In this document: piece by piece, positions 1 to 12,806 of the stretch
Position numbering within the stretch: position 1 is the first letter of the stretch
Layout of the letters: each line of letters starts with the position of its first letter
Source of the DNA: Podarcis gaigeae
Taxonomy: Eukaryota
Length of the DNA: 64,000 nt
Direction: 5' to 3' (one strand)
Assembly: GCA_964106915.2 (NCBI GenBank)
Contig: OZ066916.1
Position numbers and translations under genes: made by a program
Notes under the pieces: generated by a model
Seen by the model: only the letters and a program-made list of their open reading frames with translations
Told to the model about the DNA's origin: nothing
Database searches by the model: none

Positions 1-743
1 TTCTGCTACCCAAAGAAAATTAACCTTGATGTTTATTGGAACAGCGAAACATGATGATTCCCACATTGTCTCATGATCTAAATGCTTTGTCTATGGGCTC
101 CAAAGAAATATCTTTGGCTTCTGTTGTGGCCAGTTGGACAGATATTGTCAGCATTTACAAAGACCAGACGCAACAAAGTTCCTACATAAAAAGCATTTCC
201 ATAAAGAGAAAAGCATGTACAAGTAATAAATGAACAAGTAATATAAACACACTAGGAAGCTGTGAATACACACAGCAAAATAAGAATACAAGAGTCCTGT
301 TGGAGCAGAACAAATGCCTCTCTAGTCAGCATTCTGCTCCCACAGTGACCAACCATATTGCATACAACTGTGACACATGACAATTTAAAATAATCTGCAT
401 GCTTTTTCACCGTGGTATGTCAGAAATCTGCAGTGTTTGAAAGAGCCTTTGGACAGAACACCCCAGTAAAAAGCAACCCCTGGCAACTGTTTGTTCTGCA
501 GGCTCTGAGAAACTGATATTTGCCAGATTACATCTGAAAGACCACCATGAGTCATCTTGTGGGTTCTACTTATACAGGAAACAAATCCACTTTCTTTGAT
601 TTTGTAATATAAATACTTTTCTGCAGAACTGTAGAACATAAAAACAAAACAATCTGACAAGCTCATGTTTTCAAAAGCAGATATTTGTTCAGGAGCACAA
701 TGCTGCTTTCCCCCCATTAGAGAATAGTTTCAGAGTTGGTTAC

Positions 744-886
744 CGATTGTTCAGCACCATCGCCAGTTGTAGGTCGATAGGTGATCTTGTACCGCTGCAC
801 TCGACCAATGGCAGGATCCCATTTGACAGTCAGGCTATTGGACGTTGCATTGTATACCTGAAGGTTTCTTGGGGGACCCGTTGGAG
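744..886 (-). CDS. COL12A1: COL12A1 exon 31, first half of an FN3 repeat ([26 protein letters not shown]...GAEQS); gene continues beyond the left edge
   Basis: tttcag acceptor, TCG|gtaacc donor, 143 nt, phase 1 to 0; peptide matches collagen XII FN3. Confidence 0.96.
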
Positions 887-1788
887 CTGAAATGAATTTA
901 TTAAAGGGTTGTTTAGCAAATAGATATAACAAACAACATATAATGAGTCATTCTACATGACATTACTGAAAATCAGCAGCAGCAGCAGCACCACCTTGGA
1001 ATAACAATACACATATAGGGGCCTGCTGAGAACAATAAAATCCACCCAACTGCAGAATTTGGGCAAGATTATATCAAAATGACTTATACAAGAAGTGGCA
1101 AAGGAGAATTGAATGGAAATGTTGCATGGAGCTAAACATGATTAATGGGGAATAGAACATCACCAAATATACAAAAGTTGCTATTAATTCACCAAGTTGT
1201 CACTTTTTTAAAAAGCCACCCTATCCTTTGTATGGGTGGAAAGTACTTCAGTGGACATAGGGTAGTGGCAGCAACTTTTTTCTTCTGGCTGCATTACCTC
1301 AAACCACACACCCTCTGAAAAGCCTGCTGAAGCTCAGGCAAACCTCCAGAGCAACATCCCACAATGCATGAGAGAAACTCAAGAAGGGACAAAGTCTGTG
1401 TACACACAGGAGTACTTTCAGCAGTAGAGATTAAGACAGTAGTATCTTCCCAGTAGTGATGGTGAACTCGGGGCAGGGGCAGGGGGAACAAAGTGGCAGT
1501 GGTGAATTGGGGGAACTCTAGGATGGCAGAAGATCTACAGGTGTATGCACTGCCACCAACCCAGAGGTCACTTGACCTCATCTCCACCTCACCCTGACTA
1601 GCTAAGTGCTGCCACTGCCAGAATGACACCATTGCCTCTGCCTCTCTCCCCTTTTATGAGTCACCACTAAGTATACTGTACAGAAACATTGGCTTCTCTG
1701 CATCCTGGCTTGGTTTCGACTAGCTCTGTCTTTTGGTATCTGTATAATCCTCAAATATAAAATGTTATTAATGAATTCAGGCTCTTAC

Positions 1789-1815
1789 CTGCTGTTGTCA
1801 GAGGCACCTCGGGCA
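1789..1815 (-). CDS. COL12A1: COL12A1 exon 30, 27-nt linker microexon (LPEVPLTTA)
   Basis: ctcctatag acceptor, CAG|gtaaga donor, phase 1-1; sits where vertebrate collagen XII has a short LP..TT linker. Confidence 0.88.
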
Positions 1816-1931
1816 CTATAGGAGGGGGAGAAGCACAAACAGGGCAAGTTTGCATTAAAAACATGTCTTTCATTTGAATACTATTGTTACAAATTGTAAT
1901 CCATGAATGAATGCATTTCAGAATTTCTTAC

Positions 1932-2064
1932 ATGTGGTCTCACTGCCAATCAGTTCATCACTCTCTGATTCATCGGGATAGATTGCAGTAACTCCAATCT
2001 CATAGAGTGTGTCTGGGTTCAAATTTTCAAAAACTAGAGTATTTTCATCACCGTTAAGAATTGT
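1932..2064 (-). CDS. COL12A1: COL12A1 exon 29 ([44 protein letters not shown])
   Basis: tttcaaag acceptor, gtaaga donor, 133 nt; in ORF 1918..2139. Confidence 0.96.
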
Positions 2065-3306
2065 CTTTGAAAGTGACAGGGGATGGAGGGGAGGAGAAAG
2101 AAAGTTACTCATTGAGGCAATATATTTAATAATTAACATTTTTCATGGACTAGAATAGATCTTTTAAGTTCTTTAAATACAGAAATCCATCTACAGACAA
2201 TTGATCAACAGTGATTTATACACAGTTGTGCACTACAGGAAGAGGTTGTTATGTCCTTGAAAAATTAAGCCAACATGTTGGATAAATCTACAACCCTATG
2301 TCTTTCAGAGCAAGGAGACCATCATCCTATGAAGTATTAGTCTCCCCCACCTCTGCCAATGGCCACTTTATGACAGAAAACTTTTCATAAACTACACTGA
2401 GGGAAATTAGGAAGTGTATGAACATACCCCAGCTTCTGCTTCCAGTTTATTCATAAAGAAACCACAAGCTCTGATTCACACATAACACTATGCCAGCCAC
2501 TCTGTCATTTGTTTCCCCATTATAGAAAGACAGTGAGTAAGATGGGGACTGTTTGAGCTGCATGAACCAGCACACAGCGTGTCTACAGGCTAATTTATCC
2601 AACCATGATTTTATGGTCAGCTTTATGTGATAATGAACCATTTTATATGGGCAGTGACGGATAAACCAGCCTCATATAACCAACATGCTTAACTCTAAGT
2701 AATGCATGAAGGAGTTAAGAAGAGTAAGCTGCTCTGCCAGGCTTAGCTAAATCACACCTCTTCACCCTTGGAGGAACCTTTTCCAAACTCTTTGCTCTTT
2801 TTTTCTTCCACCACGTGAACTCTAGTAAGGATGTCAAAGCTAGATGCTCCAAGCTTAGACCACATGGCTTTAACAAGCCATCTTTGTGTTTCTATACAAG
2901 TAATTTATAAACATTTTACTACTTTTTGAAACTAAGTTGTATTTCCTGTCTTTTCTTGCTACTGCATGAAAAAGCGCATGAATCTGAACTCTGAAGAGTT
3001 TTTAAGTAAACCATTTTTAACTTACCAAACTTGTGGTCTCTTTCTATACTAAAGGAAGTAAGTAACTTTGGAAGCCATTTAGAAGGGGATATTTTAAAGA
3101 TCTAACAGCCTATACTTCCATGCTTTACTTTACTGCATGTTCTGTGATTTTAAATCTCTGTTGGGGATCATTCACTTTACCTCCCTCCAAGTGAGTTCCT
3201 TCGGCACACTGAAATGAAGAAGGTGAAGGAAGAGATGGCAGTAAGATCAGCACATAGCAGCAACTCAGGCAGAGGGTGGTTAAGTGAGCAGTGCAACCCC
3301 ACCATA

Positions 3307-3660
3307 AAAAAGGTAAAGGGGCGTCTAACCGTTAGGTCCAGTCACGGACAACTCTGGGGTTTCGGCGCTCATCGCACTTTATTGGCCGAGGGAGCTGGCG
3401 TACAGCTTCTGGGTCATGAGGCCAGAATGACTAAGCTGCTTCTGGCGATCCAGAGCAGTGCACGGAAACGCCATTTACCTTCCCACTGGAGCGGTACCTA
3501 TTTATCTACTTGCACTTTGATGTGCTTTTGAACTGCTAGGTTGGCAGGAGCAGGGACCGAGCAACAGGAGCTCACCCCATCGTGGGGATTCAAACCACCG
3601 ACCTTCTTATCGGCAAGTCCTAGGCTCTGTGGTTTAACCCACAGCACCACCCGCGCCCCT
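3307..3660 (-). mobile_element. Sauria SINE, near full length
   Basis: Reverse complement of the copies at 45685 and 54808: tRNA-like head, ACCTTT-type tail; ccaccata on both flanks (3299-3306, 3667-3674) is a probable TSD. Confidence 0.9.
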
Positions 3661-4002
3661 ACAGCGCCACCATACTATCCACTAAAATTGATCGCCAAAT
3701 AGACCATTGCACAAAAAGTGCAATACTATCCCTGAGAACTCCCTAACTGGATAGTGAGGAAGATGGGGTTCCAGGAGGCAATATTAACTGAGCTAATCTA
3801 TAGTTGCAAGGAGGAGAACACATACAGTCACTTTTGTATACAAAAGGATTCAGTGTGTCTCCAGACTTAATGAAGAAACCGGTTCCCTAGGTATCAAAAG
3901 TTTAGAAAACACAGTGACCAGTTTAACATTTCCAGCAAACAGCATTAAACACACAAAAAGGGTTTAAAGTGATTGATTTTGGGGTTATTGAAAAATTCTT
4001 AC

Positions 4003-4139
4003 CTGTAGTTTCTCTTCACCTGGTGGTCCCCATTCTACTCTGTAGAGAGCTACATCAGGTGCTCCATGGTCCCAAGTACCTCTGAAACTTGTCTTGGTTA
4101 CTTGATCAGTTCTTAGATTTTGTGGTGCTGGTACCGGTA
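4003..4139 (-). CDS. COL12A1: COL12A1 exon 28 ([46 protein letters not shown])
   Basis: Manual translation; cctgacag acceptor, CAG|gtaaga donor, 137 nt. Confidence 0.95.
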
Positions 4140-5801
4140 CTGTCAGGAAGGGAAAAGGAAGTGAGAAATTACCTCACAAGAGGAAAAACCCTGCAACCTA
4201 AACACCACTGGAAATGCAGGGTTATATGCAGAGACTAATCCACCACATAAGACATTTGGAGTTTGGACACAAACCACATGGGGAATATATAGAACAGTTA
4301 CATACCATATACTCATAGGGTGAAATCCTTAATTTCTCTAGAGCACTAGAGATTTTTTTCCTACAGTAGGATTGTCAGGCTCAGTCTTTTGGCTCCACAG
4401 TCTGCACATTGCAGAATGCTACTGCATCTGCCATGCCCAGAATCAGAATATGGCAAGACTGGATATCCGCCTGGGGCCTATGGGTAGTTGAGGAGCTCAA
4501 CAAGCCCATTTTCACTCAAACTACAATACTGTACATGGAAACAGGAGTTTTAAAACCTCTTCTTTATCTTCCATAGTGTACTTCTCTATCTGTTCAACAT
4601 CCTTCCCCCACCCACCCCATGTTTGTGCCAGTTATGAAGTCTCTAGTCACATCTTAACTGCTTCCAGTCAGGGGTAGTCGCAGAAATGGCATCATAGTGA
4701 TTTTTATCTATAGAGACTGTATGTGGATATAAGCTGTCTCAAGAACATGCTTCCTTTATAAACTGAGTGGTGCGCTGCAGATGACTACTGGAACAATCCT
4801 ACCCCAGTGAACTCTGTTAAGGTGGGTGTGCAGGGGCTCGGTGTACATGGACTGAGAGTGTCCACAGTGTTCTAGCTGGGATATGGCCAATTCTATGTTG
4901 TCCCCTTTGGCCCTTTTCTCTGCCTTTATGAAACCTCTTCAGGTTTCTGGTCCTCGCCTATGTTATTGTCATTATTTATGTTGCTGCTTTTCCCATACTG
5001 CACATCCAACTTTGTGTTTTCTTTCCCTGTGTTCCTCATGAGTCCTAAATACCAGACCTCCAAGTGATCTGGGGTGCAAAAGTTCATGCCAGGTGTGCCC
5101 TACAAAGTGTCCTCCCACTGTTATGTGAGTCTGCCATGCCTGTGGGCAGTGGCATGAACTGGCAAATGAAAAAGGTGATCCTTTGCAGCTTTCTCCTTGA
5201 GAACCAAAGGCACTATTCACAACAATATACCTGAGGAAAACTGTACCAAAGACACTGTTTAATCACCGCAGTGGGTGTTATGCCAATCCTGATGCTGTGC
5301 CAGAGAGCTAATTAATCGCTTCTACAATGCAATTTCTGGCAGCATGCCTGATAGGAGCTATTGCCAGGGATACTGTCTGGATTTGAATCCATGATCTCAT
5401 GGGTGAATACAGTTCCTATGTTAATGGCAGCATGCTTGTTACTGCCCAATTCGTGGTTGCTACATATACTATAGAGGTGGGAGCTGCTGCTTCATCTTTT
5501 CATGTTTTCCTGCTGGCACCTCCCACCTAGGATGATGATTGGGAGAACAACCTAAGTCTCCTCATCTAGAGTCATTCCGGTCTAGGCCAAAAACTCAACA
5601 TTTTAAACCCTACATTTCTTTAAGAAACTGACACAACTATGGAGAATTTTTGGTACTCCAGATGTTGCCAAACTACAATTCCTATCATCCTTGGCCATGC
5701 TTGCTGGGGCTGGTGGGAGTTCTAGTTTAGTGACATTTGGTGGGCCAAAGGTTTTCTGCACCTGATCTAAGAAAACCTATTAAGCAATAGAGTTGACTTA
5801 C

Positions 5802-5931
5802 AAGTGGTGCCTTCTGCAGCTACTGGCATAGACGGTCCTTCATCATATACTGCAACGAGCTCAACATTATAGAGTGTTTTTGAAAAAAGATCAGGGAGAA
5901 CTGTGCTGGTCTGAGACGGATCCACTTCCAA
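5802..5931 (-). CDS. COL12A1: COL12A1 exon 27 (LEVDPSQTSTVLPDLFSKTLYNVELVAVYDEGPSMPVAAEGTT)
   Basis: Manual translation; tgtctag acceptor, gtaagt donor, 130 nt. Confidence 0.95.
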
Positions 5932-6373
5932 CTAGACATAAAGAAAAGAGATTTATTAAAACGCTGCTTTTCTCCTTACAACATCACTTTCATACTTTTG
6001 TTTTCTATGTGGTTGACAGTTCAGGACTATCCTTACAAAGCTATTCCTGGTGGATAGATATCACTGACGACTTGTGGTGAACTTGGTACTAATCTGTTTT
6101 CAGTATTTACAAATGAACAGCATCAAAGTGTGTTAACCTGAATATATTTTCTTTTATCCTTCTCCATGATCTAGGACCATCATCCCTAGTGGCTGAAGCT
6201 AAAAGGAGTTATTGTCCAAAAACATATGGAGGGACCAAGCTGGGGAAGGCTGCTATAAGGACAAAGCCCTGAACTTTTCCCAGCCTTCAATTTAATGTTC
6301 ATGATGGTGCTTTTTGCCAAGCTGTTTCACCAGTCTTGCTGTGGTACAATATTCACAGCCGTTCAGTCCTGTA

Positions 6374-6599
6374 CAGTGGTACCTCTGGTTACGTACTTAA
6401 TTCGTTCTGGAAGTCTGTTCTTAACCTGAAACTGTTCTTAACCTGAAGCACCACTTTAGCTAATGGGGCCTCCCACTGCTGCTGCACTGCCGCTGGATGA
6501 TTTCTGTTCTCATCCTGAAGCAAAGTTCTTAACCCAAAGTACTATTTCTGGGTTAGCGGAGTCTGTAACCTGAAGCATATGTAACCCAAGGTACAACTG
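6374..6599. mobile_element. Tc1/mariner-pogo(Tigger)-like MITE, CAGTGGTACCTC family
   Basis: Terminal inverted repeats flanked by TA on both sides; homologous copies at 15466, 15667, 15844, 29644, 33914. Confidence 0.85.
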
Positions 6600-6963
6600 T
6601 ATCCTCATACTGGCTTGCTTCACATAGCTTTTTTCTATATTCCTTGGTCACTTTTTATTTTATTTTTAAAATATTCCTTTTGCAAGCAAAGTACACATGC
6701 TAGCCATTGTCACTCTTTTACCACTTGTATCTATAACATAAGAATCCTGTGGCTTAGCAATGCTAACTTCTAAGAGAAGAACAATCCATATATGTTGGTT
6801 CAGTACCACTGAAACCAAAGGATCTAAATTTGTTTAAGAGGGGAAATAATGTTACGTATCAGGAACTCAGGCATCGGATTGCTCCTTAATAACACTGCTG
6901 CAGGTGGTCATGCTGTAATACTCCACTTAAGCTATCTTCACATATTAGCTAAAATTCACCTAC

Positions 6964-7103
6964 CTCTTTCACGTCATCTTCCCCAGCTGCTTTGTATCTC
7001 AATATGTATTTCCGAACTTTCCCTGGAGCACGTTCCCAAACGACTCTCATGCTGCTGTGAGTAATATCTCTTACCATTAGGCTTTTTGCTCCACTTAAAG
7101 GTA
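6964..7103 (-). CDS. COL12A1: COL12A1 exon 26 (LPLSGAKSLMVRDITHSSMRVVWERAPGKVRKYILRYKAAGEDDVKE)
   Basis: tcgacag acceptor, GAG|gtaggt donor, 140 nt; in ORF 6949..7218. Confidence 0.95.
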
Positions 7104-7642
7104 CTGTCGAATAATCAGACATACCGGCAAGAATATTAAATGCCATCCCCCAAACAGGTTTATATTTTGGCAAATATTTATCTTTAAATCTCCTAGTCCA
7201 TGTAACTTTTACATTCATATTAAAAAAATAATTGAAGTAAGAATGCCACCTTTCAAAAAGATTTTACAAGTTATTGATACAATATGTAAACCAGAAAAAC
7301 ATGCTTATGGGAGGTAAAAATGGGCAAGTATATATACACAATAAGAAATGGTTATTCTCATAAAAACCTTCAATTCTCCAGAGGGGGAAAAAACTATCAT
7401 CTATTCCTAATACGCCTTATGCCTGTGCTATATGAACAGCCATATCTAAAGGCTTCCCAGGGAGAATAACATGATATGTGCCTTTTTCAGAACATCTTTG
7501 GAATTGTTTTTTAGCAGCCAAATTTCAAGCACTGTATGGGTACAGCAGCACTATCACATTTTATGTATTAGTGGAAGGGTTTAGTGACAATAATCCAAGC
7601 CCCTAGAATGTGTCTAAATAACTGAGTAATGGTATAACTATG

Positions 7643-7861
7643 CAGTGGTGGAGCTTCATGCTCCGGCACCGGGGGGCGGAGAGCAGGAGGGGCTGGGGCT
7701 GGCATGCATCCTGGGGGTGTGACAAGCATCCTGGGGGCATGGCATGTCGCCTGCGGGGGCGTGGTGCCCAGTGCAGGTGGGGGAGCAGCCGCAAGGCACC
7801 CCACCGGGATCGCGCTGCCATGGCAATGCGCTCCCACTGCACTCCTGTTCCTCCGCCAGTG
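7643..7861. mobile_element. GC-rich hAT-type non-autonomous element
   Basis: Imperfect TIR CAGTGGTGGAG / CTCCGCCAGTG; perfect 8-bp TSD taactatg (7635-7642, 7862-7869). Confidence 0.8.
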
Positions 7862-8526
7862 TAACTATGTACAGGCAACACCTCACTTACCCAAGGGTAA
7901 TGTTTAGGCCCTCCACATCCATAAGTGAAATGTGCATAAGTGGGGAGAACCCTGTAGAGTCCTCATGAGGAGACCCTCCCCAGAGCCCAACAAGGACATC
8001 CTCTTTGGGTTCTGTTGGGAGTCTCCTTATGAGTCAGAGGAACAGCAGGGCTTTGTTGAGAGTGCTGACCCTCCCCGCCTAACAAATGAGGTGCAGCAAA
8101 GCAGCTCTCTCCTGCGTGTCAGTTTTTAGGTGGAGAGCCTCAACAAAGCACTGCTCCTCCTCCAGCTCATGAGCAGACCCTCCCCAGAGCCCAGAGGACA
8201 TCCTCATTGGGCTCCAGGGAGGGCCCCTAATGAGCTGGAGGGGACTGCTGAGCCTCCCCTCCTAATGGCTAGTGAACAGGAAAGTGGCTGTTGCTGTTCC
8301 TGCTGCGCTACCCCACAAGTCAGCTATTAGGCAGGGACACCTAGCAGCCTCAACAAAGTCACGCGGCACATCCAGTTCATGAGAGTTGTGCATGTACACG
8401 GTCATGCATAAGTGGCAAGTGAGAAGTTGCCTGTACACAAATCACAGTATACATTTAATATACTGAAGCATGGCATTACTAAACCAAGAGGAGGTAGATA
8501 TAAAACAAGCAAGATATTATTCCTAC

Positions 8527-8656
8527 AGGTGACTTCCTGAGTGGTGAGTGGATCACTGATGAGGTCACCAAAAGCTGAATGAATTGTTAAAGTGTATTCT
8601 GTGTTGGGAATCAGGTCAAGCAGCTGTACATCATTCACTGATGCTCCAACACGCAT
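8527..8656 (-). CDS. COL12A1: COL12A1 exon 25 (MRVGASVNDVQLLDLIPNTEYTLTIHSAFGDLISDPLTTQEVT)
   Basis: Strong polypyrimidine ttccag acceptor, gtagga donor, 130 nt. Confidence 0.95.
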
Positions 8657-8924
8657 CTGGAAAAAGAGAAAAAGAAACAAGGAAGTTTAGAAGAAGCCAC
8701 TAGAAAGAAAAATAAAATGCTTGGGCCTTTACATTGTTTTTTAAAAAATTCAGCTTCCATGTTTAATAATGTATTTACAACTTCCTGACTCATATATAAC
8801 TTTCCAATCAAGCTGCTTTATTTTATAATCTATGCACACAACAAATAAATGTCTCACTGCTTTGGCATATAGAAGCAAATTCAGGTTCTCTCTGTCTGTC
8901 TCTCTTTCTTAAATTTGTTGTTAC

Positions 8925-9070
8925 CTGTTTCTCTGTTGCTGGTATTGTGGCATTGACAGGTTCATACAGCAGCACATAGCCAGTAGCTCCACTGACAGGT
9001 TCCCATCGCACACGCATTGTTGTTGAGGTGATGTCATACGCATTCAAGTTTCTGACTGAAGGGATTGGCA
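8925..9070 (-). CDS. COL12A1: COL12A1 exon 24 (LPIPSVRNLNAYDITSTTMRVRWEPVSGATGYVLLYEPVNATIPATEKQ)
   Basis: tctgcag acceptor, CAG|gtaaca donor, 146 nt. Confidence 0.95.
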
Positions 9071-10062
9071 CTGCAGAACCATAAATGTGATTCACATCAG
9101 TTATTTGTGTCCATAAACATATTTTACGTCTTTGTTTTTGAAAACATGCTTGAACTTTCAGCTTTCAGATGGAGAGTAGCTTTTAGTTATTGTATTCTTT
9201 TTGCAGTAAACCAGGCCCGCACAACTTATAACCAACTAGTTTGAACACAGCCCACCAGCTGTACATACTGACCCAACAGGGCTTAAGAAACCTCCTGTTT
9301 TTGCAGTCTCCCAGGGTTTGTAAGAACAGGGGAGATGTTAGGTACTTGGCAGGTTCTGATGCATAGCTAATAGTCTGAACTTAGTTTAGTGGGTCACAAA
9401 CTGTACATGACTTTCAGTGAACAGTGTTTTAATCCTATGAGAGCATAATACACAGAACTGTCCAGGATAGTTTCTCTCATCTGTTCTGGACTTAATCTAC
9501 ACAGCCACAATCCCAAATTGGTAAATCTGAAATGTATATTGACAAAGCTGAATCACACTCTCAGGGTCACCCAGCTTGATTGGCACTCATCCTTTTCATA
9601 ACTTTACCCTCTGGACTGAAGAACCAAAAGTCTCCTGTCATATTGCTTATAATATCATAGAATATTAAGTACCCAATGTTCTCTTTCTCATTGTAGGCTC
9701 CTTCTTCAATATATGTTTAAAGTTGTGTCATACCACTTTAATCAGCCATGGCTCCCCCCCCCCAAAAAAAGAATCCTGGAGACAGTACTTTGTTAAGGGT
9801 GCTGAGACTTGTTAGGAGACCCCCTATTCCTCTCATAGAGCTACAGTTCCCAGAGTGAATGATTTTGTTGTTCAGTAAGGTAATGTCTATCTACAAGGAG
9901 GTTGCAATTTTTAAAAATATCCATAGAGGTTTTTTATATGCTTGGAGTTCTCATCTCCACTCCATATTCCCACAAACATTCTATGCAGAACTTTGTTTTA
10001 AAAACAGTTTGGAAGTTTGATGAATTATCACATATCTTAATTGAATTTGAATTGACACTTAC

Positions 10063-10192
10063 AAGTCGTATCAACGCCCTCTAGAGGTATGCTACTGGTA
10101 CCTTCTACCACAGAATATACATTCACAACATACTTTGTTTCGGGCTTGAGGCCAGTCAGAACTGTAGTCGTCTCTGAACGACTTACAAACAC
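10063..10192 (-). CDS. COL12A1: COL12A1 exon 23 ([43 protein letters not shown])
   Basis: Manual translation; catgcag acceptor, gtaagt donor, 130 nt. Confidence 0.95.
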
Positions 10193-10324
10193 CTGCATGA
10201 AAACAAGAAACGGGAGACATAATTGTGCATAAATCTATCTACTGCTATTTCTGCTCTTGGCCCTGATAGAACAAAAGCAACTTCTAGTAAAGACACTCAC
10301 ACAGGACATTCACTGCCTTCACTA

Positions 10325-10560
10325 GTTCCAATTTAAAAGAGGTAGAGCTGGGTATCATCCGGATACTGGTGAACACCCAGTCCAAACGCCCTCCCCTCCG
10401 ATGATCTCTCCCAGTGGCTTCATATAGATATTGAAAAGCATGGGGGAGAAAACAGAGCCCTGAGGCACCCCACAAGTGAGAGCTCAGGGGTCTGAACATT
10501 CATCCCCCAGCACTACTTTCTGGATATGGTCCAGGAGGAAGGAGCGGAGCCACTGCAAAA
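10325..10560 (-). mobile_element. Decayed L2/CR1-clade LINE reverse transcriptase fragment in intron 22
   Basis: Minus-strand translation with a stop and frameshift gives LQWLRSFL...CGVPQGSVFSPMLFNIYMKPLGEII...HQYPDDTQLYL (GVPQGS and degenerate YADD motifs). Confidence 0.85.
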
Positions 10561-10617
10561 TCCCTGGCATACACAAACATAAATTAAAAATAATAAAATT
10601 GGATGTCCAGTGCTGAC

Positions 10618-10760
10618 CTCCTTTCGTGGGCCTCCATCTGCAGGATAATATTCAACCCTGTATCTATCAACGCTCTCAGTAGGTGGTGTCCATGATACTC
10701 TGAAGGAATAAGGTGTCTCCTCAGAGGTTCTTAGATTGGTTGGTGGTAGTGCCAAATCAG
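10618..10760 (-). CDS. COL12A1: COL12A1 exon 22 ([48 protein letters not shown])
   Basis: atcacag acceptor, GAG|gtcagc donor, 143 nt. Confidence 0.95.
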
Positions 10761-11600
10761 CTGTGATGCAAAAAAAAGGAACAATATAAAATCTTCATTA
10801 GGACGGTTACCAAAGAAGGAAATGCAAAACAATAATAGATGTCAACTCAACTTGTTTTTACTTAAGTATTGGATCTATTTACTTACTGAACTGAAATGTA
10901 TATGATTCATATGCATAAAATAATTTATAGTAAAATCTGATGCATTCTTTAATCTGTGGTAATCACACTTGAGATGTTATGGCAAACCTAAGTCCATGCA
11001 CTGAGAAACTGCAGCCAGTAAAAACTTCAGAGCAAAAAAACCAATTGATGTGCAAAAATCACAAATGACATGCTGAGGGCATGTTATTTCATATATTTGT
11101 TTCTGTGCAGGACTTGTTGTAACATTTGAATTTGCCCTTTTATCTTGTTAAATAATATGTCAACAGATGATCATGTGTATCTCTGTCTTAAAATGGCTAT
11201 AGAATATATTTTCCTCCCAAGGAACTTCTCTCTTATTACTCTGTGATGGAGTCACCAGTGTAGTACAACTCCTTCCTGGACTGTGAAACTAAACATTGGC
11301 GACTTGGGTCATGTGGGAGAAGTCCATCCTATGACTTGTTCTCACTCAGCATTTCCCCATTCACAGAAAATGTGGTAATGCTGGCATGTGTGAAGAAGGG
11401 CTGCCACACTGCTGCTTCTCACATGATCCAGAGCTTCAGATGCTACCTGAGAGCTCAGAAAGCAGATGGGCTTTAACAGCTAGAACACCATGGGAGTAAT
11501 GCAAAAACAAAGTTCCAAGTAAGTAATTTAGGAAAAATTCAGCAGGCATCATATAAAAGGTAAAAAGAAGTTGAAAACGAAACTAGAAAGAGAAACATAC

Positions 11601-11747
11601 CTGGACCTCTTACACTATTGCATAAATTATTAGTGAGGTCATCAATAATCGTAACAAGGAGGCCGAAATCTCCAACATTATAAACATGAATGTTATCGGG
11701 GTCTGTTGCGATCTGCTTCAGTTCATTTTCATCAGCATTTTTGATAC
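11601..11747 (-). CDS. COL12A1: COL12A1 exon 21, end of vWA3 ([49 protein letters not shown])
   Basis: Manual translation; ttttaaag acceptor, CAG|gtatgt donor, 147 nt. Confidence 0.96.
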
Positions 11748-11885
11748 CTTTAAAAGGTCACAAAAATAAAACAGTTTAAAATAACCTAGGCATGTTAGAC
11801 TGTTTCCCAATTCATATAAAGGAGAATGAGTGATTTAGTTTTCCAACCAACTTCTATATTTCCCACCTCTCCACATAATACTCAC

Positions 11886-12050
11886 CAACAGCATACAGCT
11901 CCACTCCCAAATCTCTCAGTGACTGAGATGGCACAACTATATCATCTTGTGATTTGCCGTCTGTGATGAGGACACCAATTTTGCGAGCTCCAGGCCTCAT
12001 GCCAGCTTCTATCTTAAAGTTGTTGTTTAAGATGAATTTCAAAGCATCTC
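11886..12050 (-). CDS. COL12A1: COL12A1 exon 20, vWA3 ([37 protein letters not shown]...)
   Basis: tttcag acceptor, gtgagt donor, 165 nt; TDG motif. Confidence 0.97.
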
Positions 12051-12201
12051 CTGAAATCACAGCACACACAGGTACGCATTATTCATTAGCCATAGATTCC
12101 AGCATAGAGGGTAGACGTCCCTAAAGTAGGATAGGTTACTTTCATTAAGAGCTTTGCCCTAAGTACTTACTTCATTCCAGCTGTTAACGGTTACCACTCA
12201 T

Positions 12202-12430
12202 AGGTAAAGGACCCCTGGACGGTTAAGTCCAGTTAAACTTGACTATAGGGTGTGGTGCTCATCTCGCTTCAGGCTGAGGGAGCCAGCGTTTGTCCTCAGC
12301 TTTCCGAGTCATGTGGCCAGCATGACATTGCACTTCTGGTGTAATGAGACACTGTGACGAGTGTCGGAGCACACAGAAACATTGTTTACTTTCCTGCAGC
12401 AGTGGTACCTATTTATCTACTTGCACTGGC
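12202..12430 (-). mobile_element. Sauria SINE, 5'-truncated and more diverged
   Basis: Homologous to the 3' two-thirds of the 3307 copy (aggtaaagg...ggtacctatttatctacttgcact). Confidence 0.8.
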
Positions 12431-12806
12431 GAGACAACTTTCTGCCTGGTAACCATAGACTTCCCTCTTAGTTTGGAGATCACTTATACAGAGTAAGATT
12501 ATGCAGTGATGCTCCCTGTGAGATATCTGTAGCACAGACTTTGTTGTTGTTGTTCCTTAAGGGCTACTATAAGGGACTGAAGGTCTTGGCTGAGGAAATT
12601 GGGGAAGCATTGTGAAGAGATTCTGTGGAGTGTTGTTTGAAGAGACTGAGTGGCAGCAGATAAACAGAGGAGATTAAAGAAACACTTCTTTGTCCACTCT
12701 ATAAAGTCAGTATAATATATTCAAAACAAAAAATCTTTTCAGACCATATAACATTGTATTAATTTCCCCAGTGCACCTTATGATGAATTCAGCAACAGAA
12801 TGTTAC

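Noticed and set aside
7568-7968. Stack of overlapping ORFs on both strands
   Set aside because: Coincides with the GC-rich hAT element 7643-7861; compositional artefact.
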